A DNA stretch of 64,000 nt from Antedon mediterranea (Eukaryota; Animalia; Echinodermata): NCBI RefSeq assembly GCF_964355755.1, contig NC_092676.1:27546871-27610870 (forward strand), in the 5' to 3' direction. A program made the position numbers and the translations under genes. The notes beneath the pieces were generated by a model. The model worked only from the letters and a program-made list of their open reading frames with translations, was not told the origin of the DNA and did no database searches. The first letter of the stretch is position 1. Each line of letters starts with the position of its first letter. Below, piece after piece: positions 1-13,500 of the stretch.

Positions 1-671
1 TACTACTACCTATTCTATATCGCTAAAGGCCTAGCTAGCCTACTAGATGGAAGAGATGGGGCCTACTATTGGAAATAAAAAGCACACCTACAACAACTAG
101 AAATATAATTATTTATGTCGTATTCTTTACAAACACTAAATTACTAATTACCATCAAAGAATTCAAAAATATAAGCAAACAAATGGAGCCGTTTTACGAC
201 GTTAATGCTGCTGCTGCATCTAAAATAGAGAGAATATATGGTGGCGCTGTTTTGTGAGATGCCGGTTTTTGTATGGAACGCGGATGGAGTTATAATATAG
301 TACGTTGGCTAACTTTCTTGCTAGCAGCTAAGAGATGTGTTATATATAGGCCCGTCTAAAATATACCCAGTTAGTGCTAAACTGGTACCAATCTCATCCC
401 ATAGAGACAAACAAATACGGTTATCCACAGTCACAGTATATACCTCTCTAATATCATGGAGAAATAAGTTTAAACTTACATGGTACTATCAACATACTCT
501 AAATAGTGTATACTGTATGATGAGAATTGGGGTCAAAGATCGGTTAACTTTCATAAATAGATCAGAAATGTAATTACGTTAATGTCCCCAGCTAAATTAC
601 ATGCTTCCCATTTCCAATAAATGATATCATCATCTTAATGTAAATCCAAGAAAAACACAATATTGTAAAAA

Positions 672-845
672 AGCATGTCAGAAAGTGTATACTGGGGTTG
701 CATAGTTGCAAGTGTATAATATGGCATGCATACAGAAAGTGATAGGGAATGCATACATAAAGTGTATATAGGGCAAGCATACAGAAATAAGTTAATATAT
801 AGGCCATGCATCATACAGAAAGTGTATATAGGCTAAGGCAATGTA
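672..845. repeat. Degenerate ~26-30 bp tandem repeat (GCATACAGAAAGTGTATATAGG)
   Basis: About 6 imperfect units. Confidence 0.75.
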
Positions 846-2243
846 TGATATGAAGGACTTACATAACAGTTACAAGTCCAATTGATTATAACCTACATCA
901 GCATCATCACCATCATAGAGCTAGGGTTGTTTTGGATTTTGATCGATTCTCGTATAATGAGATCATGTCTTTTTCGCGGAGTTCTGTTTTACAATTGCCG
1001 CGTTTATTTTGATTATAGTTATTCTAAAACGAATGGTGTGATTTTTATTAGTAACACAATTATTATGTCTACCAGTCTTGTTTTCGTTAGGTCTATATTT
1101 AAATCCTTTCAGGTTATTGTTTTTTTAACATTCAACATTTCTCTCTAATTACTTAAATTCACTTGCCGCTTGTAATCAAACCACCAATTTCACTCCCACG
1201 AACCAGTAAAGTAATATCTATGACGTCATCATATTGTCACATTTCTTCGCTGGCGTCAAAGGGAAGGTTAAACATACAACGAATGTACCCAACATGAGTA
1301 GAACGCCACAGGCAGTGAATTTAAAACCTCTGCTATATTTCTACGGCAATGTTTCAAAGATTGCCCGGGGGTACGGTAAAACGTTATGCATTTTTTTAAA
1401 CACAGGATCGACTTTAGCCCGTGGGGTAGGCCTACAAGGTAATATACAATGATTATGAACTGTGCTTCCAAAAAATAGGTCGATATTTTCTTTGATAGTT
1501 TTGCTACATAATAAGTATTTCATGATGCAGGTATACCTTGCGAGTTAGTAAAGTGACAGTACGCAGTTTACGCACGCATGCACCGATGACCGTATGTGAA
1601 TGCGTCTCTTTGGTGTACGACGCGACGGTGACTTAATTTTGCGCAGCGCAAGCGCGGTGGAACAACTATCCCGATACGTCCAGATAAATAGTTATAGCAG
1701 TGCTTGAAATAGAATATCTCAGATCATAAATATGGTTTTATAGCATACAGTATTAGGCCTAACGTAATTAGGCGTTGCTTGATGAATGAAGGGCCAAAAC
1801 CATTCGTCTTAGCCTCCACCATGGTATATATCGGCGTATGCATATTATAATTATCATTACGTAACACACAATGCGGAAATGGGAAGCTGTTGGCGTCGTA
1901 TACTTTGAATACGGTACGTATACCGCCGTTAGGCCTAAAGTTTTTTTGTTCGTGATGATTGAAGATATCAAAGAAAGTAAGACTTTCTAAGATTTTCTTC
2001 CCGACCACCAAGAGTGATATTACCTGCTAAAACACGATATTTAACAGGCAGGTTAGGTTGTTTAAAGATCATACGTACTGCAGCCTGGCTTAACAGCGGG
2101 CCATAATCCTTAGTACTGTCTGTTACGCCTACTCAAGTCCAATATTTTCGCCCACAGAATATTTTTAAAAACAACTCTTGTTTTCATCATCATCACCGGC
2201 ACACTTCTGTCGTGTATGCATGTTTGAAATGGTTGGATTCTAC

Positions 2244-2361
2244 AGCTCTGTACTGTCTACACTATCAAACTAGTTTGACAAAAAAGTGTGATCGTCCAAA
2301 TAAGATAGTGATGTGCCCAAATATGATAGTGATATCATTAAATATGGTAGTGATGACATCA
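2244..2361. mobile_element. MITE family A (Harbinger/Tourist-like), truncated copy
   Basis: Left TIR AGCTCTG..TCTACACTATCAAACTAGTTTGAC plus 21-bp internal units; right end missing. Confidence 0.8.
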
Positions 2362-3000
2362 AACAGCAAACACCTAATACCAGTGTTGTTGGGTCCTCAT
2401 AAGCCTAGTATGGACCGAACCCTGCGATTCCTAATAGACCTATTAGAAGTATAACACTCTAATATCATCATATTTCATTACTTTACTTACTGGTATCAGT
2501 AGAGCTTGGCTGCACCCGGAATTTATTTAGGGAGGCCCCGCTGTTGTGTTTTTGTTCATATTATACTATGACTTCCAGCCTGGTAATAATAAATAATTAT
2601 CTCAAGAAAGTAAAATGTTTACCTTCTATAAATATTGGAAGTTGATTTTATATAGTTTGCAAAATGTACATATAGATTTTTTTAAAGAAGAATGGGACAA
2701 TTTTTGTTCTCTTCTCCTTTTTTGGTAGTTATTTTCCTCCTCCCAGTGGGACTTTTTAATCTCTCCCGGGATGGATCATCGTCATGTCTCTTTGCCACCA
2801 GACCCGTCAATTACAATAGGTCATGGTATTCTATCTATTCTCTATCTTTATACATACTGTCGGGTATTGTTGAATAACAAACTGTCAATAAGAACATAAT
2901 ACAAATTGATACAATTATTTTAGTGAAAACAAAAATCATTTTTAATTCACAACCAAAATGTTTGATTTTCAGGACTTATTATTAATTTAACGAGCTGGAT

Positions 3001-3118
3001 CTCGATTCAAAATGACGTCATGGATTTTAAGGATTCACTCTATACCTCGATTTAAAGACGTCATGGATTTTAAGGATTTACTTTATACCTCGATTTAAAA
3101 TGACGTCATGGATTTTTT
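3001..3118. repeat. ~44-bp tandem repeat x2.7 containing TGACGTCA
   Basis: CTCGATT(C/T)AAAATGACGTCATGGATTTTAAGGATT(C/T)ACT(C/T)TATAC. Confidence 0.85.
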
Positions 3119-4138
3119 GTACCAGAATTGTCCGAATATGGTAAGTGTCTACAGTATTTTAATAGTTTTTATTAAATCGGCTACCACAGAGTTGGAAGCA
3201 ACCCCAAACTGGCCGTTGTATAATTCACTTTTTGTAAATTTATTAATACAAAATACTATTGAATGGATTTATAATCGACCACCCTCTGTTTACTAATCTA
3301 CGTTTTCTAAGAAAATAGAAATTGTTACGTTCAATAGCAGGACGGTGAAAAGAGGGGGGGTCTAATAACGTAGGCCTACAAGCATAGACCTACTGCTATA
3401 TTTACATGGCTTGCACCCCCACCCCGAAAATGTCTAAAGAACTATGGCGCTAGCTAGCATGATTAAATAAATATTAATAGGAAGAAAACCAAACATTTTT
3501 AGTTTTAGTTACAGTAAATTTAAATATAGTTTACGAACTAGAGATTCATAACGACGCCATTATGGTACTCGATTGGCTGTAGGCCTATGATTGTAATTCA
3601 AAATACAAGGTGAAAGGTGTATATGTAATTTTACAACATAAACCATGTCTATATTAAGACACTCGTCAAAATCACTGTAGGGTAGGCCTACTTTGATTCG
3701 TACAAATTGAATTATACATTTGAAATAGTCAATTTAGTCTTTATGGCAAACGTGACCTTTATTAAAATGGGTCGTGGGCTCTAACCCTTGGATTTCCAGA
3801 TGTGGAGATTTCTGAATAGACAAGTTTTAACGATTTTGAATGAGGCTCAAAATGTGATTACAAATCAATTGATGAAAAACTAAGGAGAAAATGAATAAGT
3901 AGATTCTTAGAATTCCTATATTTATGAAGATTATTACGTTAGAGATTACGTAGACTACTGTAAAGAAAACAAATTGTGTGGAGCATTACTATACCATATG
4001 AATATGGGTGGCTTTTATGACATTTAGTACATTCTGAAAATTTCGTATGCCATATTTACAAAAATGGTATACTTGCCTATTTTGGCTCTATGGGCCTCCC
4101 ATAACAATTTTACAAGTGCGATAACTCCATACGTTAAG

Positions 4139-4144
4139 TTTATT
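4139..4144 (-). terminator. Candidate polyadenylation signal (AATAAA) for SLC7
   Basis: First minus-strand AATAAA I found after the stop, ~380 nt downstream. A second lies near 3758. The hexamer is common in AT-rich DNA. Confidence 0.3.
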
Positions 4145-4519
4145 TGAGGTTTACGACTACAAAATATCTGTTACATAGTATTATAACTTTAAATCTTAAC
4201 ACAATTTGTAATAAAATAGTAAACACGTCATAACAATTGAAATATTTTATCATAAAAATATTTGTTAAAACAATGCTAGAATACTACTTTGCTAAAACTT
4301 AACAAAAAACATTCATATTTTACAAGGAGGTAATTATTGTAGCTATTTTTTTTTTACAGCCCTTAAAACGCATTGTTCTCGTTAGGCCTACATCTCTATA
4401 GCTGTAACGCGTTCTGGAACACATTTTAAACGCAAAAGTTTTTTTAACGTTTCAACAGCATTGAATACGTTGGAAAGAGTTTCTTTGACTTCGTCAACAA
4501 ATGTAAAAACGCGTTACGG

Positions 4520-4587
4520 TTAGTGGCAAAACTTCTCGTCAGGCTTTACAACCAGGAGCAACTTCTGTAAGAAATATGTCACTTTTT
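4520..4587 (-). CDS. SLC7A5-like: SLC7 terminal coding exon 10 ([22 protein letters not shown])
   Basis: Acceptor ttttttttcag; typical LAT C-terminal T..LQKL..VV motif; TAA at 4522-4520. Confidence 0.9.
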
Positions 4588-7500
4588 CTGAAAAAAAACA
4601 AAAACAAAACAAAAACCTTAGAGCACCATATTATTAGGCCCCTATTATAAATATTTAGAATCACTATCAAACGGTAATTGCTGATTCTCGGTTCTGTAGG
4701 CCTATCTAATGACTATTCTTCCTGTATCATGGGAGCAATATCACACGTGTGGCTGTATTCAATGATAAAGGACACTGCATCATGGAATACGTCTGATACA
4801 CAGGGAATAATTCCATATTTTTAGATATATACAATACCAAGAATCAGGTGAAATTCCGGGCCTCTAATGCCAACTGTATTACGTATATGCCTACTCACTG
4901 ATGAGGTTTTTAAATGATTTTGGTATATTTTTCCACTTGACGGCAACGGTGAAATAGACAGGAATTCCGGTTAAGGTGAAACATATTCCAATAGTAGTTT
5001 CCAGTGGTGCTGCGACAACTCCCATAATCACCAAACCAACACACACAAGCAAAAAGCTGATAATCAGCAATATATTCATCTGAAATTTAAATACAAATAC
5101 AAATACTCATACAATGATGTTACAAGAAATGGAGTTTAGATTAAAAATAATTTCTAGGTGTACACTTTGTCCTAAAGTAGTATTTTTTCCCCCCACCGTA
5201 CGTAAAATAATCAGCACAAACGCCAAGGCCAATTTACATAGATGAGCGGTAACGGTATTATTTTATTCATTATGACCAGTTACACACTACGCGGAGCGGA
5301 CGGGCAGTTTCCGCTCAGGATAGATACAGATTCTATGTGGGACAATACGCGGTTTTTCGCTTACCTCTACGGCTCATCAGTATAAATTGGCCTTTGGGAT
5401 ACCGGTTATGTCATTGTAGGCCTGCACAATGGAATGACAAACATTTGATTTGATTTTGGCTTCATCGGGCGCGTATACAATTCAAATCAACTTAATGAAA
5501 CGCTTAGACTTTGTATAATGGAAAATTAAATATACCCATCATTTACATTATATTCCATTATTTATTTGATTGACCTTCAGTCTGAACCTAGATTTTCGAT
5601 TTCGATTCTAGGCAATCATTACAAAGACCACTTACTCTCAACGGTCTTTCCAGGTCCGGCTTTGTCCATCGTAGTTTTAACAGTCCGCTTATGGTGACAG
5701 CAGTTGAACCCCACGTGACAAAACTGAAGTAAGTGAGGAGTTGTTCTATGTTGTTGATAAACAGATAGCAGATTGCTAGCATACACTGTGAAGAAGAGCT
5801 AATGTTTACATTATGTTCATTTAAATAGACAAATAGTGTTTACCGTAGAACATGATTGTATTTTGTACTCACTTTAGATGTTTAGGTATGAACATGTTTA
5901 GGTTCTAAATACATTCTAAACATTTAGTCTGTATCCAACTCAACACATCAGTGACGTGTTGATTGTTAAACATGTGGAGCAATATAAAAACACGTTTAGG
6001 TTTTAAACGTGTATAATTTGTGGAGCCTTTTCCCGCCACAGTAAAATCATATGCACGCAACGCTAAACACGTACCTAATTTTGACTGAACATAATAGTGA
6101 CATGTTGACTGCTAAACGAGTTGAGGTAAACAACACGTAGCTATAAACACGTTTAGGTTTTAAACACGATAAACATGTAACTCGTGTTTAAAAACTAAAC
6201 GTGTGGAAAATGTAAATAGTGTTTATGATCTAAACACTATTTTTACAGTGTAGAATACAGAAATTGAATATAAACAAGATGAATCAGTAAAAACCACACC
6301 CAAATACGCGTTGAAAAAAAATACCCCTCCCTGTACCGTGTTTGTCCGTTAATCTGTAAAATGTTTCACTAATTATAGTTTTTCAAAAGCACAACACATT
6401 GAAAAACGGCAAAACGAAGACAAAACATTGTCTTACATTCTTTGTGAACATATACATAACAAATACTAAACTAAAAATGTTTCATGATTAAGAGTGTTTC
6501 GCACATGCGTACTACAAACTTTGTACGTTCCACATTTGCGCCAACAAAAGAGAACATCACAGGTCTACGATGAAAAAAATCTATAAAATAGGCCTAAATC
6601 AAACACAATTGATATATGTTTTACTTTTCTGGTCTTTCGTTATGAGCAATTAAAAATAATTGAATTTATCAAAATATTTGGATTTCACGAAAGACAATAC
6701 ATTTTTGATACTCAACACAAATTCAATATATTAAAACCAAATTTAATATAATATTGCCAATATTTTTATTAATATTATTTAATTCTGCACGATTGAATTT
6801 CTCACCGATAAACACAAAGATGGTATTGGCGTGTTTCGTCTGACGTGTATCATTGAAAGAAGAGTTGGCAGGTGGCCGTCTCTGGCTGCTACGAAATTCA
6901 ACCTAAGAAGAAGAAGAAAAAGAACTGAGTCTAGTAAACTCTTGACCCGGGGACTAGATATTATAACCCCATGGGGACAGCTGTATCGGGTACTTATCCT
7001 CAGCTTTGATGTTTTGTCGTGTGTGGACAACATCACATACGAAATGTTTGGTCGTCATTGTTAGATTAAATTATCGATATAAATGTGTTGTTCATGTGAT
7101 TCATCAGCAATCAATGTGGGAGGTGGCATAGTAATTGTTGTGGTTTTAGACACAAAAGGTTGATATTAAATAACAAAATATGAACATTCTGGTAATTTTT
7201 TTCAATCTCATAGAATGCGATCGATTTCATTCATGAATTATGAGACGCAAAATCAGCAAATATGCTAATGTGTTTGCTGTTTTCACAATTCGCATAGCCT
7301 TTAAAATATTCGTGTTCAATTATTTGATTAAATTCTGACGCGTTTACTAAATAATTGACGCGTTTTACGTAATATGAACGCTTACCGTGAGCCGAGTAAA
7401 AATCCACCATTTATCGTACCAAACACTGACCAAGCCACGCCCACTGGGATCAAGAAAGCCGCTGAACCTAAAACTTTATAACCAAACGTCTGAGAAAAGA

Positions 7501-10500
7501 CAGAAAAAAGAGTTATTGTATTTTATGAATAATTGTTGAGTAGTTAAGTATAAAAGAGCTACCGTAAGCCATTCCGAGGCAACAACACTAAGTTTACGCG
7601 CGCGTACAAATACCGGGTTATTCTTATCAGTGTTTGTACGCCGCAACAGACAATATTACGCGTCTGTTCTTTCAAATTAATTTTCATATTTTTTATGAGT
7701 AGGCCTACTTTCACAATGTTCATAAGTAAATACAATTTTTTCTTATGGTAGAGTAATAGACATTCTGTTCAGCTGTAGCGTATTATTATTATCCTCACTC
7801 ATTATAGAGTAGTTTATTAGTCATTATGTCATTATTCTATACAACTAATCATGTTGTTATTATATATTTATATCCATTACTTAATTCTTAAAATGCAATA
7901 CAAAGCACAGTGAATAATTTATTCTAAAGAGTATTCGTGTTTAATCTTTAACCTATTGTACACATCACCCATAATACATAAACATCCCCCTTTGGTCTCA
8001 ACCAGGCGACATCGTCTCCATTTCTTCATATCTTCCAGCTACCAGATATGAGTTAGGGGTGGGTGTAAAGAAAAGATGTATCATAGAGTTTACATTGATT
8101 TAAATGTTTAGTTATAATAAATAAAGTCCTTCTGAATGTTCCTAATTGCATATGAAGCTTTAGTTAATCTAAAAAGGAAATCTTGAATTACAACTTACAA
8201 CTGCAACTGCTTTTGAGAGAAGCACTTCTTGCGGTGTCATGACTGAGAAGTAGGCCACGTTCGTCATCACATACACCCCCGTTACAATAGGCAGAGAGAT
8301 GATTATTGCCAGAGGAAGGTTTCTGTAATCAAGGAGAAGAGAACTCGGCGTAAACTCTTTATTTATTGTGTTGTCGTCACTTAGTATATCGCCATCGTTT
8401 AGTTGTCGTCGTCGTTGTCATTGTTGTTGTCATTGTTGTTGTCGTCGTCATCGTCGTCGTTTTCGTCGTCGTCGTTGTCATTGTTGTCATCGTCGTTGTC
8501 ATTGTTGTCGTCGCCTTTGTAGTCATCGTCGTTATCATCATCATCATCATCATCATCATATTTTATCAATAAGCATATTTTCATAATACTGTACAGTAAT
8601 CCCCATATTCACTAGCAATACAGTACGGACCTTAGTGCTAGTGATTTGTGTAGTATAAATATTATATATACTAGTACTCAGAATACATAACCCGATAACC
8701 GATACTTTCACAGATGTTTTAAAAGTTGATTGTAAAATACAAACGTTATTGCTTGTACATAAACACACGCATTCATCAGACCCTGTGGAGTTATATGCTA
8801 CAAAACATGTCATGAAATAAATTGCGCTCTTGGGGTACGAACCAACGCTAGCGTAATTAATGGTCTGACCACAATTCGAACGGTACGTAAAGTAGGTCTA
8901 TAATAGTATGTTATTAGTGCCAACAAGGTAGGCAGACAATTTGACATACAAGCGCCAATTGGTGCGCTCATAAGGCGGGGACATTTAGGGCACGTTTGCA
9001 TCGACTTAGGCCAGACGATTTATGGTTCTCAGTCCGCCTAGCGACAAAAACCACTCAGACGGGAGGCGTTAATACAAGTTATGCTTAATTACAGTTATTG
9101 TAAATGAGGGAGAATAATCACCGAATTGGACATTACTCACAATGATTGACGATTCTGATTTATTTATCTTGGGAACGCTTATTAAAAATATAAAGTGAAA
9201 TATGAGTTGGTTTATTAAGTAGGACGTTTTTTTTATGCCATATTTACAAATTATTTATATTCATAGATGAAAATATGTTTGAATATCAAAATACAAGTAG
9301 GCGATTATGACTGCTTAAATGAAAATAGATGAACTGCAATAACGGCGTCCCATACTTTGTTTAAAATGTTCACAGAGACTCGACTATAACATTTATTTTA
9401 CTTCGAGTACAGTATGTTCTCTTTTTAGTTGTAACTTATAAAGATTAACGGTAACTATTTGAGTTTCCAATAATGGAATGTATAACCTTATCTGAAAGCA
9501 AATTGGGAGATGTAGGCCTATCATGATCAGATACACAGCAGTCGACGCGGCGTACAAATTGGGCGTATTATCTTCTTTTACACGCATGCTTCGTGACGTC
9601 ATTCATGTTATAGCACATCTGCCAAATAAACGTACTTAACTGGTAGGCCTACGGGAAGAAGTCAATGTTGTGTGGTGCTGCTTTTAAGGTTAATCTGTTT
9701 TGCTAATAGCTATGATTTAATGATTTCCGCTTTCTTATCAGACGGTATAAGTAATGCATGACACATAACACATCACGAAAAACATTAAAGAAACCACGTG
9801 TTATGAAGACTATACATTCAATAGACAACGCCTACGCGCATGGAAGATTAACATTGTTCGCGTGTGAACATGCCGGTATTAATATAAATAAAATTAATTG
9901 TAATAATAAACTAATGAATACATTCAGACGAATCGGGTAACATTCTATCGTACAGATTTACATAGTATTTTCATGTTCCATTTTTCAGTGGCTTAACTTT
10001 CTCCAGAAGAACTACCCAGCACATAAACACTTAAAATTTTCTATTGACTATCGTATATACCTATTCATATCTCCATGGGTTACTATTCGTTGATAATAAC
10101 TATTTAAAAATCTATAGCTTAGGTCTATATGCGTATTCTTAAAATGAAAAACCGCAATTGCCTTCAAGCCGATTTGAGCTACCCTGTCTGAAACCGGTAA
10201 GAATAACAAACAGGTTTTAAAAGTAATGAATTAATAATAGGGTATAATAATAGTATTGTTTGATTGTAATTTAAAATAAGTCACTTTGACCAAAATTTGA
10301 TGCGTGGATACAAAAGTAGTAGGCCTACCATTTTTTAATCAACTTTTCCACGCGCTCGTCGATAATACGCGCGCGTCGATAATACGCGGTCGTTTATAAT
10401 ACGCACACGTCGTTAGTACGCGTTCGTTTATAATACGCGCGAGTTTTGATAGGATTATAATAAATACGGTTTAAGGGGTACCACTACATGATAATGTTCA

Positions 10501-13500
10501 CCTGCTTTATTTACTTTAGGAGGCCTATAGTAAGTTTTTGTTTGCTTTTTCAGTTTTATTTTCCTTGCTTTATTAGGCCTTGGTTGATTCTTAAAGGGTG
10601 GAATTGATGCAATGATCCGACAAAAACAGACCTTAATTCGTTATTTTCTGAAGAAAAAATAAATAAATGGATCACTACACGGCATCCCGATGGTGCTGGG
10701 CAGTGGCACACATTTATGAATTGTAAAAATCAATTAAAACGAAACCTCGCAACTTTTATAGCCATAGGCCGAATGATCGTAAGCCAAAGCCACAATATAG
10801 AAAACCATGCAACAACACCACGGCAGAAAACAACAATGGACACTTGTCATCCATCAAAGTAATAATATCGCATGAAAGAGAAGAAAAAATAGTTCATAAT
10901 GAGCTTTCGAACTTCCAGGCCGGCCCGATAGAAAATAAAATTTTAACAGTAAAATTGTATCGCATACAAGAGAAAAAAACACCAAAGTTCATTATGATCT
11001 TTCGAATTTCCAGGCCCGATAGAATATGAAATTTGTATTAACAGTAAAATTATTTTGAATGATTTCTGTGTTTATTGTCATCCTTCTTTGTCATGTGTAA
11101 TAATAACAGTTTCCCCAGCACGAGCCAGCAAAGCAATGTCCTATTTCTACAAATGCCTTTGGGACTTGTTCACGGTCATAGTGATATATCCAGATACAAA
11201 CCAAAACTAGACTAATTAGACATAGGGTTATTCAACCATTATTGTCATACCCAAATAATAGGGGCCTATATATAAAAATGACGTAGAACAAACGGTTAAT
11301 GCCCTCGAAATTCACTGTAATAAATGTTATTGTTTAATTTCGTGATGAATGAATGTGTGATATAACCTCGTTTGTATTATTAATTTGTAGGCCTAAAGCT
11401 CTGTCAAATTAGTTTGACCAAAAAAAGTGTGATGTGCCTAACTATGGTAGTTTTTTTACTCTTTTGTGGCGTAAACACCACTTTTATTTTCATTATTATA
11501 AAAAATTGTTGTTAACCAACTATGGAATTATTGTGACATCATCGTGTCCTATATCAATTGTTATTGTCACAACGTTTGATTGTGTAGACAGAGCTTAAAG
11601 TAAACCAATTTCAATTTGACTAAAATTATTTCATTGTGTATATAGATTAGATATAGGCCCTATAGTATTGTACTTTTCTTTTAAATTTATACCTGTATAA
11701 TTGTAGGTCGTATCATAAGGTATTGAGTGTGTGTGGAAGAGTTTTACAATGCACACAATAATTACATTCGTATTTAATACATTTAGTTCTCATTGTCACT
11801 CAAACACGACTCATCGTACGCGTCACATGACGTGCGCAAAACTTGTGTAAAAATGTAAATGACGTTTGCAATCCCACAATTCTCAGTAGAAGAGAATTTC
11901 TTGGAATTTCTCGTCCGTGTCCTGTTTTCGACAGAAAACAACTGTTACTTATTGGCCTGGAATGAGTGCAAACGCCATATGGTTCATAAATGAAATAAAT
12001 CCGTCATCGAGTACAAGATTGGTTTGATTGAAACAACTGACCATCCGTCGCTAGTGGTCAGTATTCGACGAAGAATCCGCCCGCGGGACTTTCCGAAACG
12101 TTTCACCGTGTTCGTATTTCTTATGATTTACAAACAAAATCCAAAATCAATTAAGAATGTTATGGTTAAACTAGTAAGGAAATTAGTGGTTTTTACGCGC
12201 GGATTAGTCTTAAAATACAAAGTGTTAACGATGGGGATTTGAGGGTCAACGTGCTTTTCAACAACTTGTTAGGTTATTGATATGTTCCCTATGGTCGCGT
12301 AAGTTTGATTAAAGTTAAAGCGCTCGTTCCATAAATGTGTAGTTTTTACGAACTTATTAGGCCTAAGGTGGTATACTATAAATTCAAACAACATAGCAGG
12401 GCGCTCCAAAACACACACCAGAGTGGTTTGAACATGATCATGACGTAATTAGGTAAAGTACTCAGATGATGAGACGCTATATCAACAACGTAGCACTTTC
12501 AGTTTTTGGCAGGAAAGATTTCGTTCTGTGCATGCAGCAAGGGGTAAATAAACTCACTGTTTAGATAGCATTTAGTATGGTTATCGCAAACTTAAACTTA
12601 AACTGATTAGTCTGCATCTTGAACCCATAAATTAAATTAAATATAACTCTTCCAATCCTTTTTTTGAAGTAGAATGTCAAGTGGAGAGGCCTCTTATTAA
12701 AATGTTCTAGGTGATCACAAGGTAGGCCAACATGCGAGAAGAATCAGCGAATTGGAAGTGACGCACAGACGCACATGCGCAAACATTTTTGCGCATGTGC
12801 GTACTGTAGTTTGTAAAGAAGGAAGGTCAACGCATTTATTTGTCTGGGTCCCCCGGGTGAACCTACTCACCTATGTGGGTCTTTCATCTCTTCAGTAAGA
12901 AAATTCAATGAGTTCCTGTCAAATATAAAGCAAATGCATGCATTTTAGTTATAGGCTTAATGAATTAGAAATAGTGTAGTGTATTGAATATTTAGTATGA
13001 ATGAACATAAAAGAGAAAATCGCGTCTGCTCATGAACATAAATGTATACCTATTGTGACTCTATACAAACATCAAACAAAACATATTAAATGCATAATGC
13101 CTGTGTAATGAGTGTAATTTATATATCGATTTAAAATATCAATTCTCTGTAAAAGCTCGTTTCATTCTCTGAGATTTAGATTTTATAAAGTCAAGAATCG
13201 TTCAAAATACAATTCATATAAAGCTCTGTCTATACACTATCAAATTAGTTTGAATTTCAAACCCCCAGTAAATGTACGTTTGGGTCCAGTGCTTTGATTT
13301 TCATGGAGTCTGTTGGCATTTGTCTATTCGTTTCCGATATATGTCCCCTTAGGCGTTGCATATCTCAAAATAAGGGTTATTTTTATATTAATCGTTTAAA
13401 TCTAATATCCGGAAAATAAAGATATCAAAAAACTCGTAAAGCAGTTATTCACGCACCCTACGTTTCGCGGTTTTCCCAATTAATAATCCAAACCTGAAAA

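Noticed and set aside
69-330. 62-aa ORF and promoter-like CpG patch at the window start
   Set aside because: No recognisable protein or splice pattern. It may be the promoter of a gene outside the window, but that cannot be supported here.
5782-5792. TA-CACTGTG at the exon 8 acceptor as the left TIR of the CACTG element (a transposon-made splice site)
   Set aside because: The exon size and intron position fit the conserved SLC7 structure, and similarity to the right TIR ends after 6 bp, so this is likely coincidence.
8366-8586. Poly-V, poly-D/N, poly-T/M and His-rich ORFs
   Set aside because: All frames are open because of a trinucleotide microsatellite in an intron.
10605-10613. TGATGCAAT amino-acid response element in SLC7 intron 4
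   Set aside because: A single 9-mer in 25 kb of AT-rich DNA is within chance and has no supporting context.
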